Of a stretch of 64,000 bases of DNA, positions 1-11,330 are shown piece by piece. The DNA is from Octopus sinensis (Eukaryota). The notes under the pieces were generated by a model. The model saw only the letters and a list, made by a program, of their open reading frames with translations, searched no databases and was not told the DNA's origin. Position 1 is the first letter of the stretch; every line of letters starts with the position of its first letter. A program made the translations under genes and the position numbers. The DNA lies in NCBI RefSeq assembly GCF_006345805.1, contig NC_043006.1:87420001-87484000 (forward strand), read 5' to 3'.

Positions 1-289
1 TTACAGCTATTTGCTATTGCAGTTAGAATATCATTATCACCAGTCATTAGTTATCACAACCATCATCATCATAGTATTTTCTGACAGCAGTTTGCTGTCT
101 CAACAACCATCATTATCATCATTATTATCAAAGGTGTTTAGTGACAGCTGTTTGCCATCACAATCACAAACACTATCACAGCTGTTTTAAAGCGGCAACC
201 AAACATAAATCGTTATTATCATTATCAAAGGGTACTGGATTATCAGAAACATTAGATCAATACTCAAAATACCTTACTACATTTAGTTA

Positions 290-820
290 TGACTCTTTAC
301 TGCCTAAGTTCAAACTCCACCAAGGCCAACTTCACTATTTGTCTTTTCAGAGTTGACAAAATAAGGTACCAATCAAGTACCAGATTATGCCCCTCCCCTC
401 ATATTTCTGGCCTTGTTCCTCAACTGGTGGAATTGCTAGAGAATTGGGAAAATGCTTTGTAATATTTTTTCTGGCTCTTTACATTCAGATCCTGCTGTGA
501 TCAACTTTGCCTTTCATCCTTTCAGGGTCAATAAAATAAAGTACCAATCATGTACTGGGGCTCAATATTATCAACTAAATCCTCTCCTCAAAATTCTTGG
601 TTTTGGGCCTTAAGCAAAAAACATTCTTGTTATTATTAAGTGAGCAGGCAGAATCATTTATAAAGCTGGACAAAACTTTCAGTAGCATTTCTTCCACTCT
701 TAATAAACTCCAACTTTTTCCTTTCAGGGGTTAATAAAATAAAATATCAGTCAAGTACTAGATGTAATCAACTGGGCCACATCCCACTAAAAATGCTGAC
801 CTTATCCCAAAATTAGAAAG
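290..820 (+). mobile_element. Three decayed tandem copies of SINE family B (Nin/Deu-like core)
   Basis: Repeated degenerate motif aactttgcctttcatcctttcagggtcaataaaataaagtacc, matching the cleaner copy at 13085-13305. Confidence 0.6.
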
Positions 821-859
821 AATAACTATTATTATTATTATCATTATTAGTTTTATTCA

Positions 860-2090
860 TCATCATCATTGCCTAATATCCTTCTTCCATGCTGGTATTG
901 GTTAGATAGTTTGACAGGAGCTTACTGAGCAGAAGCCTGCACCATATTTCTGTGTCTATTTTGGCTTGGTTTTATGGCTGGATGCCCTTCCTAACACCAA
1001 CCACTCTGCAGAGTGGGCTGAATGCTTTTTACATGACACCAGCAAAGATGAGGTCAGTTTTGGCATGGTTTTTACTGCTGGATCCCCTTCCACATGCCAG
1101 CCACTCTTTACAATGTGGATTGAATGCCTTTTAAGTGGCACCTGCACTGCCAGGGTCACCAAGTAAATTGACAAGAAAAGGAATCTTTGAGAAGGAAGAG
1201 GGAATTGGAGAAGATGATCTTGTGCTAGATAAAGCAAGGTTGGTGTGTGACAGAGAGACAGAAACAGATGTCTTGCTGTAGAGAAGGTATGTGGTTACTC
1301 AGCCAGAGATAGAGAGAGAGAGAAAGTGAGAGTGTTAACAAGAAAGAGGGCAGAAAGAGAGACAGACAGACAGAGTGAAGAAGAATGAGGGCAGAAATAG
1401 ACATGCCTCTGGAGTGGAGACCCATGGTCACACAAAGAGGGATGAGAGAGTTAACAAAAAAGAGGGCAGAAACAAGTATTACCTAGCCTGAGAGAAGAGC
1501 AAGAGAAGGAAGGAGAGAGGGAGATTGATCAAGGATGAGGGCAGAAACAAGTGTGCTTCTGTAGAGGAGATACATGGTTACCCAGCCAGAAGAGCAAGGG
1601 AAAGATAGAGAGAATGGGAGACAACAAGAGTAAGAAAGAGCTGATAGTGAAGTGCCAGGGCACACTCACAAGGAACAGGGATCAAAGCATAGATGGAGTA
1701 GTAGAGTAAGGAAGAGAGAGATAAATGGTGGCAGGTGCTGGCAGGGCATCACCAAGAAGGTGGAATTAGGGAGTTAAGGTAGGAAATGCTGTGACTGGTG
1801 AGAACCCAGGTATTAGTGAGCAGGACAATGAGGACAGGACTGAGGAGCACAAGATAATCATTGAGGGTCATTTTTAGAACCTCATATTGCCAGACTTCTC
1901 AGTCCATTGTCCTTTTCTCCATGAGACCCAACATCCTGAGATCATTCCTCACCACTTCCTCCCATGGCTTCCTGGACCTCCCTGTTCCACAGGTGCCAAG
2001 CACTTTCAATGACCAGCACTTCTTTGTACAGCTGTCTTTGCTCATATGCATCACATCTTCAAACCAAAGTAGTCTCCTCTCTTGCATTTT
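860..2090 (-). mobile_element. Old RTE LINE 3' fragment (ORF2 C-terminus, long 3' UTR, (GAT)n tail)
   Basis: ORF 1899-2156 (QERRLLWFEDV...GTCGTGRSRKPWEEVVRNDLRMLGL) matches the C-terminus of the RTE at 46254-48052; a GA-rich tract and a catcatcat tail at ~860 follow. Confidence 0.75.
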
Positions 2091-2599
2091 TACCTCCATC
2101 TTAATGAAGGCAGATGTATTGTTTTCAGTTGTGCTTGTTTGTTTGTCCATGGACAAGATATCTCAAGAACTGCAGGATGAATTTGGATTAAAGTTTCAGA
2201 GCTGTTTGACCTCATGACTGGCACAAACTGATTAGATTTTGGGATCGATCCAGTACCAGACAAGGATTCTGGATTATTTTTTGTTATATTTACTTTACTT
2301 TACATGAAGTATTACGATCTTACATTGACTTTCAAGTCTTTCTCAAATTATCTCCCTTGAAAGTACGCTCGTGGTTTCCACGTAAGTTACGGTGGTGTTG
2401 CTGTTTCCAAAGTTTTATTTTTGTTGCTCTATTATTAGTTTTAGTCGCGTCTTTATCTTAGTAGAAACTGATGGATAAAGAAATCAAACTACATAAACAA
2501 ACGGCAGCAAAACCATTCAGAAATTAAATAACACCAACATATTTAGTAACAATAATAAATTAATTTATCCTCAACAATTTTTAGTCTTACTAATTTTGG

Positions 2600-2870
2600 A
2601 TATATCACTCCTGTTTAAAACCTCTTACCTACTTGACAATTGCATCTCTTGCTCTGCCTTGAAGGAACCTTTACTTCTTGGACTCATGTTTTTGTGCACA
2701 ACAATGTTGTTAAACCTCTGTTAACAGCACCGTATGCAGGTCCTTTCCATTTTCTTTCATGCACAGATAAATTTTTCACAACAGACCTTAATGGTCGTGA
2801 AGACACAATATCAGTGGATAGACTAAAAAAGGCGTTCACAGAGAAAACTGTCCCTGTTCCCACTGCAGAC
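2600..2870 (+). pseudogene. Ty3/Gypsy integrase C-terminal (GPY/F) fragment
   Basis: THVFVHNNVVKPLLTAPYAGPFHFLSCTDKFFTTDLNGREDTISVDRLKKAF fits the Gypsy pol tail. A G9 run at 3197-3205 followed by TG may be a PPT/LTR boundary. Confidence 0.75.
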
Positions 2871-3399
2871 AACACACACACATCATTACAAACATGGCCC
2901 GCACACCCACCTTCATATACTATGACTCCCATTAGGATCGATCAAGTACAAGACAATGCATATGGATTATTTTTCCATTTGAGAGCGACTGGGTTCGCTT
3001 TTAGTATTCTTGTTTATGAGAGCAGCCAATATTCTTTCAGATATTCTCATTTTAAAAATCCTCAGTTAATCGTTGAGAGGACATTGGTGTTTGTGCTCTC
3101 TGAATGCTCTCGTCAGCGGCGTCATTATATATTGTTTAACATTTGGTAGTTTGAGGCAAATTTCTACTGCGTCACCTGCTACACCTCCATATTGCTGGGG
3201 GGGGGTGCAGCATTATGTCTTCTCTTTTGTTGTTGGGAGTGTGCAAATTCTTCCCACTATTGTATTGAGTTAGATTTTTTTTCTTGAGTTGTGGTATAGT
3301 CATTTGTTTCATTACTGCCTGTATTGTGTGTTGAGTGTGTAATGCATTGGTTACCTAGCTTGTTGGTGGAAGATTATTTCACTGGGTAATTGTTGTATA

Positions 3400-3720
3400 G
3401 TGTATCTTGTATTTGTGGTTTGTTTTGTTTAGGTTGTATTACTGAATTGGTAATGTCTTGTATAGGATGTGGGCTGTTTTTTGCAGGGGTATTTTTCAGA
3501 TAGTGTGTAGTGTTGAGGATCCAGGTATAGATCATATGTTTTTTTTATCATGCCCAATGCTCCAGTTATTTTGGTATTGTTTTTACTTTCATGCCCCACA
3601 TCTTGAATATTTCAATTTTGAGGTCTTGTACTTTGACAATTTTTCCATTTCTTTTTAGACAATATTTTAATCAGAAGGGGCCACAGTGTCTGTCAGTAGG
3701 TAGGTGTTTTTTCCCAATCC
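3400..3720 (-). mobile_element. R4/Dong-like RLE LINE, decayed 3' fragment
   Basis: Frameshifted minus-strand translation gives KLSKYKDLKIEIFKMWGMKVKTIP...GALGMIKK...TAHILYKTL; abuts an (ATT)n tract at 3721-3776. Confidence 0.7.
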
Positions 3721-3776
3721 CTGATTATTATTATTACTCTTATTATTATTATTATTATATTATTATTATTATTATT

Positions 3777-4317
3777 GAGAGCAGTGTATGCCATCAAAGT
3801 GACACTGGGGTAAAATATACGAAGCCCAGTATACCCATCATGACTACCCGTCTGATAAGAGAACACCAGGCACATGCATCACAACCATATGTGCACAACA
3901 TAGTGATCTCATATCAAGATAAACAGTACATGACCTTGCAGGTGGGGCCCAGTTAGAATTTTCTTCTGGTCGAGTAGCCCATCCTGCTCAAAAGGTCCCT
4001 GAATAAGGGTTGTTTAAGGATGTTGAACGAAACACCCATGTTTCCAAAGGTGAATTATTCAAACCCCCAAGAATTCCTCTCAACACATGGCTATGATGCT
4101 TCCCCACTACTTCTGCTCATGATCAGAGATGCACATATCGTCAGCCACTAAGGGACATGCTCAACTGGTTAAGATCAAACAACTGACAAGCAAATCTGTG
4201 GTATTGAGCAGAATATTTGCTGTAGCCCATCTTTTATACAAAGACAAAACAATGTACATGATAACACTTCCAATCAGTTAAGATCAGAAGCCACGAGAGC
4301 CACTGCCTGGTACTGCA
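3777..4317 (-). mobile_element. Unclassified ~540-bp non-coding interspersed element ('element X') bounded by (ATT)n tracts
   Basis: A second copy at 55495-55905 aligns over ~400 bp and starts at the same end next to (ATT)n. Confidence 0.8.
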
Positions 4318-4828
4318 TTATTATTATTATTATTATTCTATGTTTGACTTTTACTTTATGTCTGTATAAGTTGGCTCCAAGTCTCACCCAGAGACCTCAA
4401 GAGACAACAGGTTGGAAGTTCTGTGCCATATATTTGGGTTTTTTTTTTTGGTGTTGTACTAGTGAATGTCTAATACATAAAAAAATAAATAAAAAATAAA
4501 TAAATAAATAAATAAATAAATAAAAAGTTTGTTTTAAACCTTGGGATTACATAGAGAGTATTTTGCGTAGGATATGAGCAGTTCCCATGAGCACTATCTT
4601 TTGAATTTCTGCCATTTTGGGGTTTCCTGGTATCTGAGTTAGGTAGCAATCAGTCCCTTTCGCTATCATTCCCAGGGCACCTATGACAACAGGTATTGTT
4701 TTAGTCTTCAGCTTCCACATTTTGCTGATTTCTATTTCAAGATCTTTATATTTGCTCAGTTTTTGGTAGGTCTTGACAGATACGTTTATATCGATTGGGA
4801 CAGTCATATCAATGAGGAGGCATGTTCT
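4318..4828 (-). mobile_element. R4/Dong-like RLE LINE, 5'-truncated, with (TAA)n tail
   Basis: ORF 4547-4807 KLSKYKDLEIEISKMWKLKTKTIPVVIGALGMI...GTAHILRKILSM*; 3' UTR ends in the (TAA)n tract at 4318-4337; (ATT)n also at the 5' end. Confidence 0.85.
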
Positions 4829-4874
4829 ATTATTATTATTATTATTATCATTATTATTATTATTATTATTATTA

Positions 4875-5913
4875 TAGCCAAGAAACAGAGGGATGCCGCA
4901 GCCAAGGAAGACCCATTCTTTGGTATAAGGACAAGTTGATGTTTATCTCTACAGCTTACTAAAATCTCCGCAGCTTACTTTGACATCTTGGGAAAGTCAT
5001 TGCCTAGATATGTCTGCATAGCATAAAATGTGTCATGATGCTTCAAAACATTTTGAGTTAAATAAATGGAACAATAAAAGAACGATATCCTTCAATCAAT
5101 AAACATGTCTGCCTAATCCCAGGCAAAATCAAAATCATCAATGTCCCCATTGTGACTTCATGGCAAAATCCATATCTGGATTCAAATTACACTCACACAT
5201 CCATCACAAGTAGATGCAGCTTCTCTTTGTTCTTTTACTTTTAAAGTTGTTTGTTCTCTTTTTCACATTTTTTCCTTTAAATTATCTCCTTTGAACACTC
5301 ATATGTTGAAATTGATGGGAATGACCATCATTATTATTGTTGTTGTTATTATTGTTCTTATCATTATCATCATCACATTATTATTATTATTATTATTATA
5401 TTATTATTATTATAGCCAAGAAACAGAGGGATGCCGCAGCCAAGGAAGACCCATTCTTTGGTATAAGGACAAGTTGATGTTTATCTCTACAGCTTACTAA
5501 AATCTCCGCAGCTTACTTTGACATCTTGGGAAAGTCATTGCCTAGATATGTCTGCATAGCATAAAATGTGTCATGATGCTTCAAAACATTTTGAGTTAAA
5601 TAAATGGAACAATAAAAGAACGATATCCTTCAATCAATAAACATGTCTGCCTAATCCCAGGCAAAATCAAAATCATCAATGTCCCCATTGTGACTTCATG
5701 GCAAAATCCATATCTGGATTCAAATTACACTCACACATCCATCACAAGTAGATGCAGCTTCTCTTTGTTCTTTTACTTTTAAAGTTGTTTGTTCTCTTTT
5801 TCACATTTTTTCCTTTAAATTATCTCCTTTGAACACTCATATGTTGAAATTGATGGGAATGACCATCATTATTATTGTTGTTGTTATTATTGTTCTTATC
5901 ATTATCATCATCA

Positions 5914-5947
<34 letters not shown>

Positions 5948-5950
5948 GTT
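4875..5950. repeat. Tandem duplication, 2 x 538 bp, bounded by (ATT)n tracts
   Basis: tagccaagaaacagagg... at 4875 and 5413; no differences seen by eye outside the ATT tract. Confidence 0.95.
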
Positions 5951-5952
5951 GT

Positions 5953-6176
5953 TAAGATGGTGAACTGGCAGATCTGTTAACACACCAGGCAAAATGAGCA
6001 GCACTTCATCCATCTTTACATACTTAGTTCAAATTCCACTGAGATCGACTTAACCTTTTATCCTTTCAAGGGCAATAAAATAAGTACCAATTGAGAAGTG
6101 GGGTCAGCATAATCAACTACCCCACCACCCAAGTTTCAGGTCTATACCTGTAGTGGAAAGGATTATTATTATTATT
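5953..6176 (+). mobile_element. SINE family B, older subfamily with (ATT)n tail
   Basis: tRNA-like head (tggcagatctgttaa...agttcaaattcc), core ccttttatcctttcaagggcaataaaataagtacc, tail gattattattatt. Confidence 0.7.
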
Positions 6177-7849
6177 TACTTACAGACATACCCAGCATTG
6201 CTATAGATTTAAATTGCATAATTTGTGTATATGGTACTGTTAATTTGAGACTTGTGATACGGGGAAGTGCAGCATTGACAACAAAAGATTTGTGGAGTAA
6301 ATGAAGGGTTAATTCATCTAAGTGACATGTCATGCATCTGTTTGGAAGATTCCAGGCTCTAACCCTGTCATGGAAATGTGGGTGGGGGAGGGTGGATGGG
6401 ATTTTTTAATTGCACTAAAAAGCTCTCAGTGGTTGTACTCTCCTTTGCAACTGTTGGCACTGCTGCTGCCACGCTGAACAATCAGTAGACATAGGAAATA
6501 CTTCTATGTGATAAATTAACCCTGTGAGCATGCTCAACAGCACGACATGAGAGAAATCTACATGTAGGAAATGACGTGATAAGTGGTGGGGTGGCAAGGA
6601 AGTGCTTGAAACAACACTGTCATGCAATATTTCAGTTTGGGATCAATAGTCGTGGCTCATGCACTCCTTCGTGTAAACAGTGTGCAACCATTGAGAGAAC
6701 AACTCAGCTTCCGAACAAAAACAGTTCTGCATGCAGTATCAGGATACACAAGGTCATATTAAGGCCATGGTCTCTAACAAATGTGGTTGGGTCACGTGAT
6801 GTTGGGTTGCTGACATGGTTAGGAATCAATAGTTGTGGTTCAACCATGCACCACCTCACATAAACAACATGCGACTATTGTGAGGACAACACAGCTCCCA
6901 AACGTAAACAATTCTGCATGCAGCATCCAAGCACGCAAGTTCACATAAAGGGCACAATCTCTAACTAATGTAGTTGAGTCTTAGACACTATTTATTAGTA
7001 GGTTAGTGCACATGCAATATTTCGGTTTGTAATCAATAGCTGAAGAATATTTGGATGAGCTTCATCTATTCTTAGAAGGAAAACTTTGATACTGAAGCTA
7101 AAAGAAAATAGTTGAAAAGTTGCTCAGGATTTAGCATATTTATTTTAGCATATTTTTCATACTAAACATAGTGCATTCCAAACGGTTTTTATTCCAACAA
7201 ATTACTACCTATGGTAATACGGGAACAGGCTATTATTGCTACCACTTCGACAACACAGCTAGAAGGCTACATCAGTTCATCCTTTTAATACAACCTACTT
7301 ATATCATTTCAGTAGCTGTTTTTTTTTACCAGCTTGAAAAGAAGCAATACATGGACCATGGAGCAGTCGTATGTACCCTACGAAATTATGTGAAAAATTT
7401 TAAGAGTCTAAAACCATCTCTGGAGCATAAGTAATGTATGTTCCCAGTTTGGAGAAAATCAGTTGTGAACTTCAGAAGTTTTGCAGATTTACTCACACAC
7501 ACACATCCTCAGGTGTATATATATATATATATATATATAAGAGATAGAGAAATTAACAGAAGTATGTCATCAAGAGTAATGTCTCTTGAACCAACGAAGC
7601 AACCAAGTTATGTGATCATATTGTTTAACTAGGAAAGGAGATTTTCTGCCTCCACAGGCCCCATTACTCATTATGCAAAACTTTCAAGAGTCTAAAACGA
7701 TCTCTAGAACATAAGTAATATATGTTTCCAGTTTGAAGAAAACCAATTGCGAACTTCAGAAGTTCTGTGGGCTTACACACACACATCCTCAGTTTTTTAT
7801 ATATATATATATATATATAGATCGTCGTCGTTGTCGTCGTCATCATCAT

Positions 7850-8515
7850 TATTATTATTCAGTAATCTTATCTTTATTATATGCTTCCACTGAACTACTG
7901 ACCATAGCTCTGTGTGCCTGGGGTATGTGCTGTGGTTTGTTGTGGTGCTCTTAATTTCACTGCATTGAAAGTGTTTAATGTATGATGTGTGCGGTGCCTA
8001 GTAGTGCTATTTTTTTAATGTTTTATATATACTTGTAAATCCTGGTTATTTTGTTATATACTTGTCTGAATGTTTTGTTTTTTTATCATGCCTAATCTGC
8101 CTGCTATAATAGGAATTGTTTCTGCTTTTAGATTCCACATTTGAATAACTTCTAGTTTCAGATCTTTGTATTTTGAAAGTTGTCAGCTATTGGTATTGAG
8201 ACATTGACTAGAAAGTAATATTTTTTTTCTTGGTGATCTCTGACAACTATATCTGGCCTATTAACCTTGATTTTGCTATCTGTGTGTATTGACATATTCC
8301 AGAGTATGGTTGCTTTCTCATTCCCTGTGACCTTTTCTGGGGTATGCCTACACCATCTTTTTTCTGTTGTTATCCCACAGTGTTGGCATAACTTCCAACG
8401 TATAAAGGTCCCAACTCTGTTGTGTCTGTGAATGTATTCCTTTTAGCCAGGACTGGACAGCCAGAGACAATATAATTTATTGTTTCTTCACCACATATTC
8501 TGCAGTTACTTGTTG
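7850..8515 (-). mobile_element. R4/Dong-like RLE LINE 3' fragment
   Basis: Minus strand gives WKLCQHCGITTEKRW...EKATILW...NRPDIVVRDH...LSKYKDL; the 3' UTR matches 56545-56730; (TAA)n tail. Confidence 0.85.
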
Positions 8516-10859
8516 TTGTTGTTCTTATTGTTGTTATGATAGTAATAATAATGCATGGTTGATTTTGTTAAACAAAATACCTTGTATTTATGTTGCTATT
8601 TATTTTGAGTTCAAATCCTGCCATTCATGTTTCTGGGGTTGATAAAATGAAGTACCATTTAAATATTAGTGTCAATGGTATCAACTTACACCTTAGCTTT
8701 AAAATTACTAGCTGTTATCCTAAATTAAAAACTATTATTATTATTATTATCATCATTATTATTATTCCCATCATCACTTTCATCATCATTGTTATTCCCA
8801 TTAAATTTTTAAACTTAGAAATCAAAACTAGATATTGACCATCCGAGTTGTCATAAGATATGGGCACTCTGAGTAGTGGTTTAAAGTTCCCTCATGTCTA
8901 AGGGGCCCAATGATAATCTATATATGTTGTGGCTGTGTATGTAATGGCCCCTGGCTATTGCTTTGCCAACAGTGCTGCAAACACAGCCCTGTTAACCATA
9001 CAAACCCATAGTCTCCTCTTCCAATAAATAAAGAGGGAACTTATCATCATAACCCCTTCACCCACCTCATAACCATTTCTCTCATCACAATGATAATTAT
9101 ATTTATTCTAGGGCCAAAGAAGTGTTAGGTTTGATATGGTTGTGGAATCTATTAGAAATAGCAGCCAAATTTTACTCATTTGTCATCCGATTGTCTTAAC
9201 CAGTTTGCATTCACATCATTTGTGAAAAGTAATGCTTAATTATTCACATTGTTTTTAATTAATCAAACATTATTTTTGTAGCTTTGAGATTTTGATGAGC
9301 TGACTGTTAATTTTTAGACTGATATTGTAGGATTGGTGTGAGAGGCTAGATCTGGCCAGTTTGAGCAAAAAAACGTGTAGAATGCTTTGGTCAGTTTAGG
9401 TGCTAGATGGTTAAAAAAAGGGAAGACACATTCAATAATGTTGTCACAAAAGTCTTGAACAAGGCAAGAGTGTTATGATAGGAATGTCACTGATCATATC
9501 AGCGAGGGTCAATTTAGATCTAAACATCATCATCATCATCATTATCACCAATATCATCATCATTACTACACAATCACCAACACCATCATCATCTTCATAC
9601 CATCATATCATTAAAAAAGACATTTACTATTATGATGATCATTGTCATCACCATCAACATCCTTGTCATCATATGTAAACATCATATTGACTATTAAGAC
9701 CATCATCATCATCATCATCATCATCCCCATCCTATATCATATCAACAGATTCACCATTATAATTATCATCATCATCATCATATGCATAATCAGATTTGCC
9801 ATTATGGTTACCGCCATATAATTACCATCACAAAAACACTGTTACCACCACACTCACCATTATACAGACCAAGAAATTCAGCATTTTTGTAACCATCATT
9901 ATCATCACCTCCATCATTATTATTACCATCATCTCTCTATGCTCATACACACCGGCTCATTCCTCATTTTGATGATTATATCCATCACTGTGAAAACCAC
10001 TGATGTAATCATCCAGCCAGCTAATGCCATGGCATCAACGTCGTTTCAGATTAAACAACCAACCAACTAAACAACAATGGCACAAACATCAATGAGCCAA
10101 CAAGGGTTGCCTCAGCAATGTCACAGCTCCTGTTAGAAAGGGCAGCCAAATATGCTTCACATCACATTAGCGTCATTAAAAAAGAAAAGACATGTGAGAC
10201 AGTGTAGACTTGAAAACAGACATGCTGTTCATGTACAGGATGTATGTTTCATTATAGGTCTGCTTGTTCAGGGTTGACCTGGTGCTCAACAACAATATCA
10301 ACATCAATATATAATCCACGGCACCATTACCATCAACCACTGCTATATAGCTATACAGAAGAAAAGAATAAGACAAGTGAACAGAAAAACAAAGGTAAAA
10401 TAAGAATTAAAACATAAACACACACATACAAATATATATTCATATGTGTGTGTTGATAAGAAAAACAACAAAAACAGTAGTGAAATTTAATAGTCTTGGC
10501 AAACAAAACATGATTAGTTTGTAGAACTATCTTTGAATCATAGACTGTTTGCTGTGTGTGATTGGTTCTCAGAAGTTGCAATGAAATTTGCTGCAAACCT
10601 AAATAAATAGGAAGGTAATGTTTAACTTAGATGATTAGAAGAACATGTGTGTGTGTGCATGTATGAGTGTGTCTCTGTGTGTGTAATATTTATGTATAAT
10701 ATCTGCACTTTGAGTGTACATGTACATATGTATATATGCATATATACACACAAATCTTTTTTTTTGCATAAAAAACACACAATGGGAAAACAAGGTAAAC
10801 TTAATGAAGAAAGGAAAAGCTTATGTTTTGTAGCACCCATGTGTCTTCCTCCCTATCAT

Positions 10860-10919
10860 GTATACATACATTCATACATGCATACAAACACAGACATAAC
10901 ATACATGTATGTGTGTGCA

Positions 10920-10959
<40 letters not shown>

Positions 10960-11056
10960 TACATATACACATACATATATACATATATATATAATATATA
11001 TATATACATATATATATATAATACATATATATATATACATATATTATATACATATA

Positions 11057-11146
<90 letters not shown>

Positions 11147-11180
11147 CACACATATATATATTACATATATATATATACAC

Positions 11181-11215
<35 letters not shown>

Positions 11216-11330
11216 TGCATATATATATATGCATATATATATATATATTTATATATATATGCACACATACATAATGTAATGTATGTCTATAATGTAAGTA
11301 CATAGACATACATATATCCCTTTCTACACA
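10860..11330. repeat. Long compound (TA)n/(CA)n microsatellite
   Basis: About 470 bp of nearly uninterrupted alternating purine-pyrimidine sequence. Confidence 0.97.

Noticed and set aside
4270-4317. Faint resemblance of the element X end to U2/U4 snRNA 5' segments
   Set aside because: Only 8-10-nt matches, with no Sm site or matching secondary structure.
9475-10010. His/Ile-rich ORFs
   Set aside because: Degenerate (CAT/CAC)n low-complexity tract.
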